A stretch of 61,539 bases of DNA, from positions 1-61,539 of the forward strand of contig JAYUUN010000009.1 of the NCBI GenBank assembly GCA_043754535.1, read 5' to 3'. Positions within the stretch are counted from its first letter, which is position 1; each line of letters begins with the position of its first letter. Made by a program: the position numbers and the translations under genes. Origin of the DNA: Chloroflexota bacterium. GTDB taxonomy: Bacteria > Chloroflexota > Chloroflexia > QHBQ01. Below the pieces are notes generated by a model. The model was given only the letters and a program-made list of their open reading frames with translations, did not search any database and had not been told where the DNA came from. Shown piece after piece: positions 9,560-19,133 of this stretch.

Positions 9560-10309
9560 CTAGTAGTCGAGTTCGTCGAGGGCCGTGCGGCGGTCATCAC
9601 GCAGGCTAAGGAGTAGGCCACCGAGACCGCTGAGGATGATCAGCAAACCAAGCGGCGGGCCAGCATATGGGATCAGGCTAATCATAAAGAGGACGAGCAA
9701 GCCTGCTAGCAGGTCGGGGAGCGGCTGGGCGAGGGGCGCACCAATGCTGGCTGCCAGGCTGCGCCCGATAGCGAGGGCCACCACGCAGGCACCCACTAGC
9801 AAGGCTGGTAGCAGCACGATCAGGGCGAGGATGATGATCGCCGGGCCAATAGTGCTGATCGCGCTTAGATAGGAGAGGGCAACGGTGGCGAGCAGGCTAA
9901 GGAAGCCAACGAGTAGGGCGCGCAGCAAATAAGCCGGGCCGCTCCGCAAGATCGCTGCGCCTGCACCAACCTGCCGTGGCACGAAGAAGAAGGCTAGCAG
10001 GGCGGCACCGAGTAGCACCACCAACTGAGCGAGGTAACGGTAGAAACCGCTCAATTGTTGGATGAAGAAGACCCCCTGCCGATTGCGCGGGAAATCGGGC
10101 TGCTCTCCAGGGGGGGTTAGCATCGATGGCGGACCGCCCGCGAAGGGGGTAGTCACCTCCACCCCCCGCCTGCCAAACTGCACCAGGGCAGCATCGCCCC
10201 CCAACGGGAAGAAGATGCTGACGAGGAAGGCGCACAACAGGGCCAGTCCAGCCAGAGCCGCCACCAGCAGCCAGGTGCGCTGGCTATGCTTTGCCTGTTC
10301 GCTCATCAT
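9560..10309 (-). CDS. Polytopic membrane protein of the ECF operon
   Basis: Several hydrophobic helices; ATGA overlap with the upstream gene. Confidence 0.75.
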   Translation of the reverse strand: MMSEQAKHSQRTWLLVAALAGLALLCAFLVSIFFPLGGDAALVQFGRRGVEVTTPFAGGPPSMLTPPGEQPDFPRNRQGVFFIQQLSGFYRYLAQLVVLLGAALLAFFFVPRQVGAGAAILRSGPAYLLRALLVGFLSLLATVALSYLSAISTIGPAIIILALIVLLPALLVGACVVALAIGRSLAASIGAPLAQPLPDLLAGLLVLFMISLIPYAGPPLGLLIILSGLGGLLLSLRDDRRTALDELDY

Positions 10310-10773
10310 TGGGCCAGCCTTCGGTCTGCCGCTTGCCGAGGGAGGGGGCTGCTCAACGCCTGGTAGAGCAGGCCGAGCAAGCCGACAACCAGCACGCAGA
10401 GGCCGAGCAAGACGAGTGGGTGTTGGGTGATCAACTCCTGGGTGATGCTGCCAGAGCCGACACTAGGGCTGGCGATCCAATCGCTAATACCCTGCCCTAC
10501 GTTGCCGCCTGTGCCACGCAAGTCGCCGAGGGCGGCGAGCAGCAGATTGAACAGGTAGGTGTCGGGGACCAGGGTGAGCAGCAGGCCGAGGGCGCACAAC
10601 GCCGCGACCAGCAGCCGCCAGCGGCCCGCCAGTGCAGGCGTAGGGGCGACGCTGGCGGGCAGGACTAGTAGGACGCTACTGACCAGGGCTAGCGGTTCAC
10701 GCAGCGGTGGGCGGTAGCTCAACATCTTCTCTACCTGCTCGTCAGAGGGTAGGGTGCGGGTAGCCTTCTCCAT
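10306..10773 (-). CDS. Putative membrane anti-sigma factor
   Basis: Overlaps ECF sigma 3' end; short soluble N-terminus plus two TM segments. Confidence 0.6.
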   Translation of the reverse strand: MEKATRTLPSDEQVEKMLSYRPPLREPLALVSSVLLVLPASVAPTPALAGRWRLLVAALCALGLLLTLVPDTYLFNLLLAALGDLRGTGGNVGQGISDWIASPSVGSGSITQELITQHPLVLLGLCVLVVGLLGLLYQALSSPLPRQAADRRLAQ

Positions 10774-11366
10774 AACTTCTCCCCTTTGCCCAGTTCGCGG
10801 CGCAGGCTCTCCTTAGCGCGAAAGAGGCGGGTCTTGACCGTGCCAAGCGGCAGGTTCAGCGTTTCGGCGATAGCGGCATAATCTAGGTCAGCCCCATAGC
10901 GTAGGGCGATCACCGCCTGATAGTCGGTGGGCAGCTTGCTGATCGCGGCGTTGACAGCCGCCTGCTGCTCGGCACGTTCGCTCAACTCCTCTGGCCCCGC
11001 CGCTATGTCGGGCAGGTCGAACATCACATCTTCATCTTCGCCAGACTGCGCCCGCCCCAGCCTGCTGAGGGTGATGGTTGGCTGACGACGCTGCTGCCGC
11101 TGCTGGTTGAGGCAGTAGTTGACCCCCAGCCGGTAGAGCCAGGGGAAGAAACGGCGGCTTGGGTCGTAGCTGCTGAGGCGCAGGTAGGCACGCACAAAGA
11201 TTTCTTGGGTCAGGTCGCGGGCTTCCTCCGCGTCGCCCGACAGGCGGTAGGCCAGATGGTAGATCGGTAGCTCGTAGCTGTGCAGCAGGCGGGTGAAGGC
11301 CTCCCGGTCGCCAGACTGGGCTAGCTTTGCCAGTTGTTCGTCACTTTCCCCCTCCGCATCTGCCAA
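10731..11366 (-). CDS. ECF RNA polymerase sigma factor (SigW-like)
   Basis: SDEQLA..AQSGDREAF, DLTQEIF, FFPWLYR, IAETLNLPLGTVKTRLFRAK; TTG at 11366 chosen because it lies downstream of the promoter. Confidence 0.93.
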   Translation of the reverse strand: MADAEGESDEQLAKLAQSGDREAFTRLLHSYELPIYHLAYRLSGDAEEARDLTQEIFVRAYLRLSSYDPSRRFFPWLYRLGVNYCLNQQRQQRRQPTITLSRLGRAQSGEDEDVMFDLPDIAAGPEELSERAEQQAAVNAAISKLPTDYQAVIALRYGADLDYAAIAETLNLPLGTVKTRLFRAKESLRRELGKGEKLWRRLPAPYPLTSR

Positions 11367-11406
11367 CGGGCGGCCCCCTTGCCTCCTGGGTGTATTGCCC
11401 AGCCAT

Positions 11407-11435
11407 ATTACACCAGGGCGCAAGCGAAAGTTTCA
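11407..11435 (-). promoter_or_regulatory. Putative autoregulatory ECF promoter (TGAAAC-N17-TGTAAT)
   Basis: Directly upstream of the sigma gene; -35 equals the B. subtilis SigW TGAAAC element. Confidence 0.7.
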
Positions 11436-11595
11436 GCTAGCGGTCTGGCCCAGCCAGCGTCCGCCATGCCACTAGCGGGCCATTAGCCGATTAGCAGAGC
11501 CAGTAAGCTGCGGCAGGTTGCATATCAGCAAGCAAATCGTGGCACAAACCCTGTATCTTTGTTATAATAGCGTGGTAGAGAGGAACAACAAGGCA

Positions 11596-12966
11596 ATGAC
11601 GATGCTCACGTGTGATCAATGCAGCTATAATAACTCTACTACAACTCTTAGTTGCTATCGCTGCAAAGCCGACCTGCGGGCGATGCGAGCTGAGTTCTTC
11701 CTCGGCCTGGCCGAAGCCGCGTTCGTTCAAGGCAAGCACGACCAGGCACAGGCACAGTTGCTGGCTGCTGACGCTGCGCTGCTAACCCTTAGTGCAGAGC
11801 AGCTCGCTAGCAGGATGTTTGTGGGCCGCGCCTACTTCTTGCAAGGAGCAGTCAACTACAACAAGGGATTGATGGACATAGCTAGAGCCGATCTGCTACT
11901 TGCCTGTGCAAAGTTGGAAGGACAGCCGGCCAGTGCCAGCCTACACAGCCGCGCCTTGAATATGCTGGGCAACATCGTTTTTCTGGGTGGCAGAATAGAG
12001 GGGGCTGAACAGTATTATCGGGACAGTGCCGCACTAGCAGAGCAGGCCGACCTCAGCGCAGATGCGGTGGTGCCACTAGGCAATCTAGCAATGGTCTACA
12101 GCCAAACCAACCAGATAGAGCAGGCATTTGCCACTCACACCAAAGCGTTGGCATACGCAGAACGATCAGGGCAACCGATCAAACTTGCCGTTACCTACTG
12201 TAGGCTAGCCCTACTGCACGCACAGTATGGACCCTTCTGGCAAGCGGTTAGCTATGCCGATCAGATGCTCGCGCTCCGCAGCCAAGTCGATGACCCAACC
12301 CAGCGCTCTCAACTGGTAGCAGACACCTCTATCGTCTACAGTTGGGGGGGCAGGCTGGCTGACAGCGAAACGTATATTAAGGAAGCCTACACTCTGTTGA
12401 GCGAAGGCTACCATACGATAGGTGAGTTTGTGCTGGTACATATGCTCAGCCTGGCTGCCCTATATGAAACGACCCCTAAGTGGCTGGATCAAGCAATCAA
12501 GCAGATGATACTTAGCACAACCGAACCAAACAGGGTATGGGAGCTTTATGTGCCAATGGCTCGCTACTATCTCTCAAGTGGCGACATAAACCACATTCGC
12601 CACCACCTCCAATGGATAGCCGACAAGCACAAAGCTGGCAATCCTAATGCCGATGCTGTTAGTCAGCAAGGACGCGCCCTGCTACTGGCGGCTCTCGGCG
12701 ATTGGCAGCAGGCCAGTGACCTTTATGCGCAAATAATTAGTAACAAAGTCAACAGACCGCGTGACCAGGCAGTACTGCTAGCTGAACACAGCTTTATGCT
12801 CGCTCGGCTCAATCAGCAGCAGCCCAACCCCCTACTCGGCATAGAAGCTGCTGCCAGCCGGCGCAAGGCGGCTGACCTCTTTGAGCAGATCGGTTTGCCC
12901 CGTGGCCTCGACCAGTGCAACGCCTGGCTAGAGCGTGTTTACCACGCAGCAGGGGGTTTGGGCTAG
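11596..12966 (+). CDS. TPR-repeat protein with N-terminal zinc ribbon
   Basis: CDQC..N...CYRC; TPR-like helices (ALNMLGNI..AEQYY, LGNLAMVY); TGnTATAAT at 11560-11568. Confidence 0.75.
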   Translation: MTMLTCDQCSYNNSTTTLSCYRCKADLRAMRAEFFLGLAEAAFVQGKHDQAQAQLLAADAALLTLSAEQLASRMFVGRAYFLQGAVNYNKGLMDIARADLLLACAKLEGQPASASLHSRALNMLGNIVFLGGRIEGAEQYYRDSAALAEQADLSADAVVPLGNLAMVYSQTNQIEQAFATHTKALAYAERSGQPIKLAVTYCRLALLHAQYGPFWQAVSYADQMLALRSQVDDPTQRSQLVADTSIVYSWGGRLADSETYIKEAYTLLSEGYHTIGEFVLVHMLSLAALYETTPKWLDQAIKQMILSTTEPNRVWELYVPMARYYLSSGDINHIRHHLQWIADKHKAGNPNADAVSQQGRALLLAALGDWQQASDLYAQIISNKVNRPRDQAVLLAEHSFMLARLNQQQPNPLLGIEAAASRRKAADLFEQIGLPRGLDQCNAWLERVYHAAGGLG

Positions 12967-13035
12967 CTTGCGGCAGCTTGCTTCTGGCAGGGAGAACGCA
13001 ACTTGGCGGCAACCCAGGCTGGTCGGCAAAATTGC

Positions 13036-13065
13036 TTGACATAGAGCTGCCTGCTTTGCTATAAT
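13036..13065 (+). promoter_or_regulatory. Housekeeping sigma promoter of rplU-rpmA
   Basis: TTGACA-N18-TATAAT with extended TG. Confidence 0.85.
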
Positions 13066-13183
13066 TGCCGAACGTAAGGGCTGGCAAGCCCGCGATTTGC
13101 CACGTATTGAGCTGCCCTGCCACCAGGCGGGGCAACAGTTTGGCTCAAGGGCGACAGCGCAGCAGCGCACCAGGAGGAAAATC

Positions 13184-13501
13184 GTGTTCGCAGTAGTAGA
13201 AACTGGCGGCAAACAGTACAAGGTTGCCCCCGGCGACCGACTTGATATCGAGCGGTTGCCAATCGAGGCAGGTCAGCAGTTCGACCTGGGCCGCGTGCTG
13301 ATGGTCAGCAATGAGGCTGGTGAGGTGATGTTCGGCAGTCCAGTCGTCACCGGCGCACGAGTGTTGGCAACCGTGCTTGAGGAGCATCGTGGCGATAAGC
13401 TGATCGTCTTCAAGTTCAAGCCCAAGAAGCGGTATCGTCGCAAGAACGGTCATCGCCAAACCCTTACCCGCATCAGCATTGACAACATCGTGATCGCCTG
13501 A
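13184..13501 (+). CDS. rplU: 50S ribosomal protein L21
   Basis: FAVVETGGKQYKV...KKRYRRKNGHRQ; GTG after AGGAGG. Confidence 0.97.
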   Translation: MFAVVETGGKQYKVAPGDRLDIERLPIEAGQQFDLGRVLMVSNEAGEVMFGSPVVTGARVLATVLEEHRGDKLIVFKFKPKKRYRRKNGHRQTLTRISIDNIVIA

Positions 13502-13531
13502 GCGGGCGGGGATTAGAAGGAGAGCAGGACA

Positions 13532-13843
13532 ATGGCACACAAAAAAGGTGTAGGTAGCTCGCGTAATGGCCGCGACAGTAGGCCGAAGATGCTGGGGGTC
13601 AAGCGGTATGGTGGCGAACTCGTTACCTGCGGCACGATCATCGTGCGCCAGCGCGGTACAAAGATCGCCCCTGGTCAGAACATTGGGGTTGGCCGCGACC
13701 ATACCCTCTACGCTCTGGTGGATGGCACCGTGTTCTTCCAGCCCGCCACCCGCGACAAGAAGAAGGTTTCAATCCTCCCGCTCAGCATCCCCGCTGGCGT
13801 TGAGGTAGCAACCGAGAGCCTGGCCCTGGCCGAAGCTGCCTAG
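13532..13843 (+). CDS. rpmA: 50S ribosomal protein L27
   Basis: [16 protein letters not shown]...LGVKRYGG...RQRGTK. Confidence 0.98.
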   Translation: MAHKKGVGSSRNGRDSRPKMLGVKRYGGELVTCGTIIVRQRGTKIAPGQNIGVGRDHTLYALVDGTVFFQPATRDKKKVSILPLSIPAGVEVATESLALAEAA

Positions 13844-13926
13844 TTCTCTGCACTTGCGGGGAACAAACCAGTCTGTTAGTGGCAAGTTAGACTTGCGGCA
13901 AACAGACCGCTGATTGGCAGCGGATG

Positions 13927-13935
13927 TGGTATAAT
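13927..13935 (+). promoter_or_regulatory. Extended -10 element upstream of rpmE
   Basis: TGGTATAAT following a hairpin at 13871-13907. Confidence 0.6.
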
Positions 13936-14060
13936 CAGATTAGCCGCAAGGATAGCGGCGGCACGTAGCATGGCAGTTGCGCCAAGCTGCAGCAGTGCCA
14001 AACCCCAGTGAGATGATCGACGCTCCAGCAACGAAAAGGCGATCAAGAAAGGTACTACCA

Positions 14061-14405
14061 GTGAAGCCAGATATCCATCCGAAGTACGAGGCGACCACCG
14101 TAACTTGCTCTTGTGGCAACGTATTTGAGACGCGCAGCACTAAGAAGAATCTGCGTGTTGACCTCTGCTCCAACTGCCACCCATTCTACACCGGCGAACA
14201 GCGCATTGTAGACACGGCTGGTCAGGTTGAGCGGTTCATGAGGAGGCTCGGCACTGCCGACCAAATCCGCAACCGCAACGAGCAGCAGGCCGTACAACGC
14301 CGCACCGCCGAGGAGAATGCCCGTCAGCAAGCTGCCCAACGGCCTGCTCCGCGCCCACAGCGGCCCGCCCGCCCAGTGACCAGCCCAGAAGAGCAGCAAA
14401 GCTAA
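14061..14405 (+). CDS. rpmE: 50S ribosomal protein L31 (Zn-binding type) with C-terminal extension
   Basis: [35 protein letters not shown] start. Confidence 0.96.
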   Translation: MKPDIHPKYEATTVTCSCGNVFETRSTKKNLRVDLCSNCHPFYTGEQRIVDTAGQVERFMRRLGTADQIRNRNEQQAVQRRTAEENARQQAAQRPAPRPQRPARPVTSPEEQQS

Positions 14406-14512
14406 CCCCTATCGCTTGAAACCCAGTAGGGCCGAAGACCTCACCGTTTTCGGCCCTTTCTATGCCCCTACCGCTCTGCCAAAGGGGCTGGCTGGGGATG
14501 ACGAGGAGCGCA

Positions 14513-15097
14513 ATGTCAGCACGCGAAAGCCGCCGAGAGGGCTGGATCGAGGTCGTTTGCGGCAGTATGTTCAGCGGCAAGACCGAGGAGTTGATCCGCA
14601 GGGTCAAGCGGGCAGAACTGGCCCGCCAGAAGGTGCAGGTCTTCAAGCCCGCAATGGACAACCGCTATGCCGTGGAGAAGGTCTACTCGCACAGCGGCCT
14701 CAACCGTCTGGCCCAGCCAGTCAACAGTAGCCACGAGATTGCAGGTTGCGTTGAGGATGACACCCAGGTAGTCGCAGTAGACGAGGCGCAATTCTTCGAC
14801 ACCGGGGTGGTAGAGGTCTGCCGCCGCCTGGCCGAGGATGGCAGGCGAGTGATTGTCGCCGGTCTCGACCTCGACTTTCGCTGCGAACCATTCGGCCCGA
14901 TGCCAATGCTGATGGCTGAGGCCGAGAGTGTGGACAAGTTGCAGGCGATCTGCATGGTCTGTGGGGCAGCGGCCAGCCGCTCCCAACGGCTGGTCAACGG
15001 TGAGCCAGCCAACTACCACGACCCGATCATCCTGGTTGGCGCAACCGAGAGCTACGAAGCCCGCTGCCGGCACTGCCACCGGGTGCCAGGCCGCTAG
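14513..15097 (+). CDS. tdk: Thymidine kinase
   Basis: [48 protein letters not shown]. Confidence 0.96.
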   Translation: MSARESRREGWIEVVCGSMFSGKTEELIRRVKRAELARQKVQVFKPAMDNRYAVEKVYSHSGLNRLAQPVNSSHEIAGCVEDDTQVVAVDEAQFFDTGVVEVCRRLAEDGRRVIVAGLDLDFRCEPFGPMPMLMAEAESVDKLQAICMVCGAAASRSQRLVNGEPANYHDPIILVGATESYEARCRHCHRVPGR

Positions 15098-15166
15098 CAG
15101 ATCGGCAGGGGCTGCCCAAGCTCAGCATCCTTATCAACAAGCCAGTTCTTCTAAGTGAAATGTGGT

Positions 15167-15195
15167 TTGACAAAGCGATAGCTGGGTGGTATAGT
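15167..15195 (+). promoter_or_regulatory. Housekeeping promoter
   Basis: TTGACA-N17-TATAGT with extended TG. Confidence 0.75.
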
Positions 15196-15248
15196 AGACC
15201 CAACTGCTACAATCAAATATGAGACAAAAGATGAGGAGCCTAAGTTTA

Positions 15249-16340
15249 ATGGCCGACAATATCAGCCGGGCTGCCAGCCCGAAGGGTGACGATGCGCTAC
15301 GCAAGGTCGAGACCCAAATCGAGAGCGGCGTACGCCAGTTGGTCGCCAGCATCCCCCCAGAGCGGCTAGGCGATATGATTACCGAGTTGCCGGTGCTAGT
15401 CTCGCAGATGCCCCAATTGCGCTATCCCAACCTGCCAGAGGCCGGTGTGCTGCTGGAACGCCTCAGCTACGAGCTTGCCGAGTTTGGCCGCGTGCAGGAC
15501 GACCCTAATGCTGCTGAAACTGTCGGCAATCGGCTGGACAAGACCCTCGGTGAGGTAGTGACCAAACTGACCCGCCCAGAGGTCAAGCAGTACATCCGCG
15601 CTGTCCTCTACGGCACCCTGGTGCAGATCGACCCCAACAGCGTAGAGGCTTTGATTATTGCTGTCGGGGTAATGACCCTAGATACCATGCAAGATGTTGA
15701 CAGCCCAATGCTCAAGCAAATGGTGCTGCAAACCTTGCAGGAGGCCAGCCAGCAGATGGCCGAGATGGAGGAGGCAATGGCGAATCTGCCCAACCTCACC
15801 GAAGTCAAGCCTAGCACGCGGCTGATCATCCGCATTGGCGAACCACAGGCCCGTCAGTTGTCGCGCACCGCAGCCCTGGTACCATTCCTCAACATTGACC
15901 GCCTGGCACTGCCGCCAGAGGAGTTGACCAACGACGCGGCGCGCATCCTGGCTATGGAGCAGAAGATTCAGGCGGACAAGCGCACTGACTTGAACGATGA
16001 GGAGCGCAGCGAGCAGCAGAAGATGATGGAGACCACCGTTAATCTACGCTACTCCCCACAGCGGATCGCGGCAGTGCAGAGCGAGTTGCAGCGGCTAGCC
16101 CAGTGGGGAGCGCAAACCGACCCGCAACGCTTCCGCGATCTTGCTGAACTCGCCAGTTTCGCCGCAGGCAGCTTCAACCTCGTTCCCCCCGGTGACCACC
16201 CGCTGCTGCAAGGGCTGTGGGCGATGAGCATCAACGCAGCGGCTAATCAGTTGTTGCAGCAACGCGAGTTGGAGCAGGTCGAGGAGCAGGTAGCGGCGGT
16301 AGGTGCGGAGGGTAGCGGTGATGAGCAGTCCGCAAGCTGA
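15249..16340 (+). CDS. Hypothetical helical protein
   Basis: Long ORF with genome-typical codon use, GAGGAG RBS; family not recognised. Confidence 0.75.
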   Translation: MADNISRAASPKGDDALRKVETQIESGVRQLVASIPPERLGDMITELPVLVSQMPQLRYPNLPEAGVLLERLSYELAEFGRVQDDPNAAETVGNRLDKTLGEVVTKLTRPEVKQYIRAVLYGTLVQIDPNSVEALIIAVGVMTLDTMQDVDSPMLKQMVLQTLQEASQQMAEMEEAMANLPNLTEVKPSTRLIIRIGEPQARQLSRTAALVPFLNIDRLALPPEELTNDAARILAMEQKIQADKRTDLNDEERSEQQKMMETTVNLRYSPQRIAAVQSELQRLAQWGAQTDPQRFRDLAELASFAAGSFNLVPPGDHPLLQGLWAMSINAAANQLLQQRELEQVEEQVAAVGAEGSGDEQSAS

Positions 16341-17079
16341 AGTACAGGCCATGCTTGAGCGCATGACCCGCATCCGCGACGAGGCTGTAATCTGCACCGC
16401 CTGTGACTTGAAGAACACCCGCACCCACGTCGTCTTTGGCGAAGGTAACATCCTCTCCCCGCTGGTGATCGTCGGCGAGGGACCAGGCGAGGACGAGGAC
16501 TCACGGGCGCGGCCCTTTGTTGGGCGCAGCGGTCAACTGCTGAACAAGATACTGGCTGAGGCGGGCATCAAGCGCGAAGACGTGTGGATGACCAACATCG
16601 TCAAGTGCCGCCCCACTGGGCTGAACCAGAACAATCGGGTAACCAACCGCCCACCCCGCGCTAGTGAGGTGAAAGCCTGCCAGCGGTGGCTAGGAACCGA
16701 GCTTGACATCATCCGTCCGCGCATCATCATTGCTCTGGGCAACAGCGCGGCCAGTCAGATCATTGTCAAGGACTTCAAGATGACCACTGGGCGCGGAGTG
16801 ATCGCGCCCGCCAGTGGCCCCGCTATTCCCCCTTCGCTGCTGCCAGTTGAGACTGGCGTGGCGGGTGCAGCGGTAGCAGAGAACCAGATTAGTATGTTCG
16901 ATACAGTAGAGGCCACCCCCCAGCCCCCTGCCCTGACCGCCAGCACCTGGGCGATGGCGACCTACCACCCGGCTTACATCATCCGGCAGGAGGAGCCACT
17001 ACTGGGCCAACTGGTGCAACTGACGGTCAACGACCTCAAGACTGCGCTGATCAAGCTGGACGAAATCTGGAAGCCGTGA
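16321..17079 (+). CDS. Uracil-DNA glycosylase family 4 (Fe-S type)
   Basis: CTAC.L, VGEGPG..ED...PFVGRSG, TNIVKCRP, TYHPAY. Confidence 0.93.
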   Translation: MSSPQAEVQAMLERMTRIRDEAVICTACDLKNTRTHVVFGEGNILSPLVIVGEGPGEDEDSRARPFVGRSGQLLNKILAEAGIKREDVWMTNIVKCRPTGLNQNNRVTNRPPRASEVKACQRWLGTELDIIRPRIIIALGNSAASQIIVKDFKMTTGRGVIAPASGPAIPPSLLPVETGVAGAAVAENQISMFDTVEATPQPPALTASTWAMATYHPAYIIRQEEPLLGQLVQLTVNDLKTALIKLDEIWKP

Positions 17080-17101
17080 TTACCCCCACCCTGGCCTCAC
17101 G

Positions 17102-17572
17102 ATGAAGCTAACGCCGCCCAAGTTGAAGACGGGGATGCTGATCGTGGCAGCGGTGATCGCCCTCACCCTCACCCTCAGCAGCCTGGTAGTACGTACCTGG
17201 CAATGTAAGGTCTACTTCACCCAGGCGAAGGCTGCTGGCAGCGATCTGGATGCGTCCGTCTGCAACGACGAGCAGTTCGACCAGCTACAGGCGCAAGCCA
17301 GCCTTAACGCGCTAGGAGGCAGCAAGATGAAGCCGAACGTCAACCGCGGCTTCCCCTTCGTTATGACCAACAGCGACGAACTGCAACTGACCACACTGCC
17401 CGCCACCCTCGGCAACTTCATCTTCTACTTGTTCTGCGTCGTCCTCCTCTGGTACATCCTGACCCTGACTGGCATCCTCGACCCCAAGACTTTTGCTAGC
17501 TTAGCCCCGCTTGCACCCATGTGGTATGATGATAACATCCTAACGCCATGTGGTGGAGTAACACACTTATGA
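17102..17572 (+). CDS. Small membrane protein, paralog A
   Basis: Two TM helices flanking WQC..YF.QA...VC.D..QLQA...RGFPF. Confidence 0.7.
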   Translation: MKLTPPKLKTGMLIVAAVIALTLTLSSLVVRTWQCKVYFTQAKAAGSDLDASVCNDEQFDQLQAQASLNALGGSKMKPNVNRGFPFVMTNSDELQLTTLPATLGNFIFYLFCVVLLWYILTLTGILDPKTFASLAPLAPMWYDDNILTPCGGVTHL

Positions 17573-17940
17573 TCGTCCGTAAATCCTTCCTGATCACTGT
17601 CCTGCTGCTAGCAGTGGGCCTGACGGCAGCTAGCCTGTTGCTTGGCCGCTGGGAATGTACCAGCTACTTTGCTCAGGCCGGGCTGAACAGGCAGGTCTGC
17701 GACGATGCTGGGCTGGCCCAGTTGCAAGCAGCCGCAACAACAGCGGGCCTGAAGCCCAGCCTAAGCGCAAACATCGTGCGTGGCCTCCCCTTTGCCTACC
17801 TCACGCAGGGGGGGTTGCAGATCGTGCCGCTGCTAACCGACTTCCTCTCCTGGTTTGCTGCCCTGGTGGTGGGTTGGCTACTCTGGCAGATTGTCCGTGC
17901 GCTGGTGGGCAACGCGTTGGACTACAACTTTGAGCGGTGA
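17569..17940 (+). CDS. Small membrane protein, paralog B
   Basis: WEC..YF.QA...VC.D..QLQA...RGLPF; GGAG RBS before ATG 17569. Confidence 0.7.
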   Translation: MIVRKSFLITVLLLAVGLTAASLLLGRWECTSYFAQAGLNRQVCDDAGLAQLQAAATTAGLKPSLSANIVRGLPFAYLTQGGLQIVPLLTDFLSWFAALVVGWLLWQIVRALVGNALDYNFER

Positions 17941-18076
17941 CGCTTGCAACCGGATCGCCAGATTTGGTATATTGCGCGCAGGCGGCTAGCAGGCTGGCAC
18001 CGTGCTGGCTGCTGCCCTATCGAAGATCGCCAGCCCCGTGCCTCCCCGCAAGGGAGTAGTTGCAGAAGGAAATATT

Positions 18077-19045
18077 GTGCAGAACACGCAAGCGCAGCAC
18101 CCTACGATCCTGGTCAGCGGCTCGGTCGCTTTTGACAACATCATGGTCTTCCCCGGTTACTTCAAGGATCATATCCTACCCGATAAGATTCATATGCTCT
18201 CGGTCAGCTTCCTGGTAGAAAGTATGAAGCGGCAGTATGGCGGCGTTGCTAGCAATATTGCCTACAGCCTCGGCCTGCTTGGCGAGCAGCCTGAACTCTA
18301 CGCCACCGTCGGGCAGGACTTCGACAGCTACCGCCAGTGGTTGGAAACAGTGGGGGTCAAGACCAGCCTCGTGCGCGAGTACAAGGCCGACTTCACGGCC
18401 ACCTGCTATATCACTACTGACATGAGCGACAACCAGATCGTGGGCTTCTACCCTGGCGCAATGGGCCGCTCGGTTGACTTGAGCCTGGCCGACGCGGGCG
18501 GGGCTGACTTTGTGATCGTCGGGCCAAGCACGCCAGAGGCCATCGTCAAGCTGACCCACGAGTGCAAAGCGCAGGGGGTCAAGTATATCTACGCCCCCAC
18601 CCAGCAGATCGTGCGCCTCAGCGGTGAGGAGATGCAGGAAGGGATCGCTGGTGCTTATGCAGTGGTCGGCAACGACTACGAGTTTGAGATGATCCGCAAC
18701 AAGACCAGCCTCGAACCCCAGGCCATCGCCGAGCAAGGGCAGTACGCCTTCGTTACTCGTGGGGCCGAGGGCAGCATCATCTACGTCAAGGGCGGGCAGC
18801 CAATCAACATCCCGCCTGCCAAGCCGACAGAAGCGGTTGACCCCACTGGTGGCGGCGACGCTTACCTGGCCGGGATCACCAAAGGGCTGGTTAGCAACTA
18901 CCCGTTGGCGGTGGTCGGGCGGCTGGGTAGCCTCAGTGCAGTCTACGCTATCGAACACCACGGCACCCAGGCCCACCACTACACCCTGGCCGAGTTCCGC
19001 GCCCGTTACGCCGAGAACTTTGGCGAACTAGCAGTGCAGTTGTAG
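18077..19045 (+). CDS. PfkB-family kinase, probable adenosine kinase (mycobacterial AdoK type)
   Basis: GSVAFDNIM.FPG.F.DHILPDK.H.LSVSFLV, GGVASNIAY, VDPTGGGDAY; promoter TTGCAA..TGGTATATT at 17944-17973. Confidence 0.85.
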   Translation: MQNTQAQHPTILVSGSVAFDNIMVFPGYFKDHILPDKIHMLSVSFLVESMKRQYGGVASNIAYSLGLLGEQPELYATVGQDFDSYRQWLETVGVKTSLVREYKADFTATCYITTDMSDNQIVGFYPGAMGRSVDLSLADAGGADFVIVGPSTPEAIVKLTHECKAQGVKYIYAPTQQIVRLSGEEMQEGIAGAYAVVGNDYEFEMIRNKTSLEPQAIAEQGQYAFVTRGAEGSIIYVKGGQPINIPPAKPTEAVDPTGGGDAYLAGITKGLVSNYPLAVVGRLGSLSAVYAIEHHGTQAHHYTLAEFRARYAENFGELAVQL

Positions 19046-19133
19046 TCCAGCAGCCAACCAGCAAAGCGCGTAGGCAGCCGGTGGTTCACGCGATATGTTT
19101 GCCGACTAACTTGCTCGCTAGAGGCTGCCACTA

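Noticed and set aside
13501..13532. No prp (ysxB) gene between rplU and rpmA
   Set aside because: L27 starts directly at MAHKKG, so no processing protease is expected
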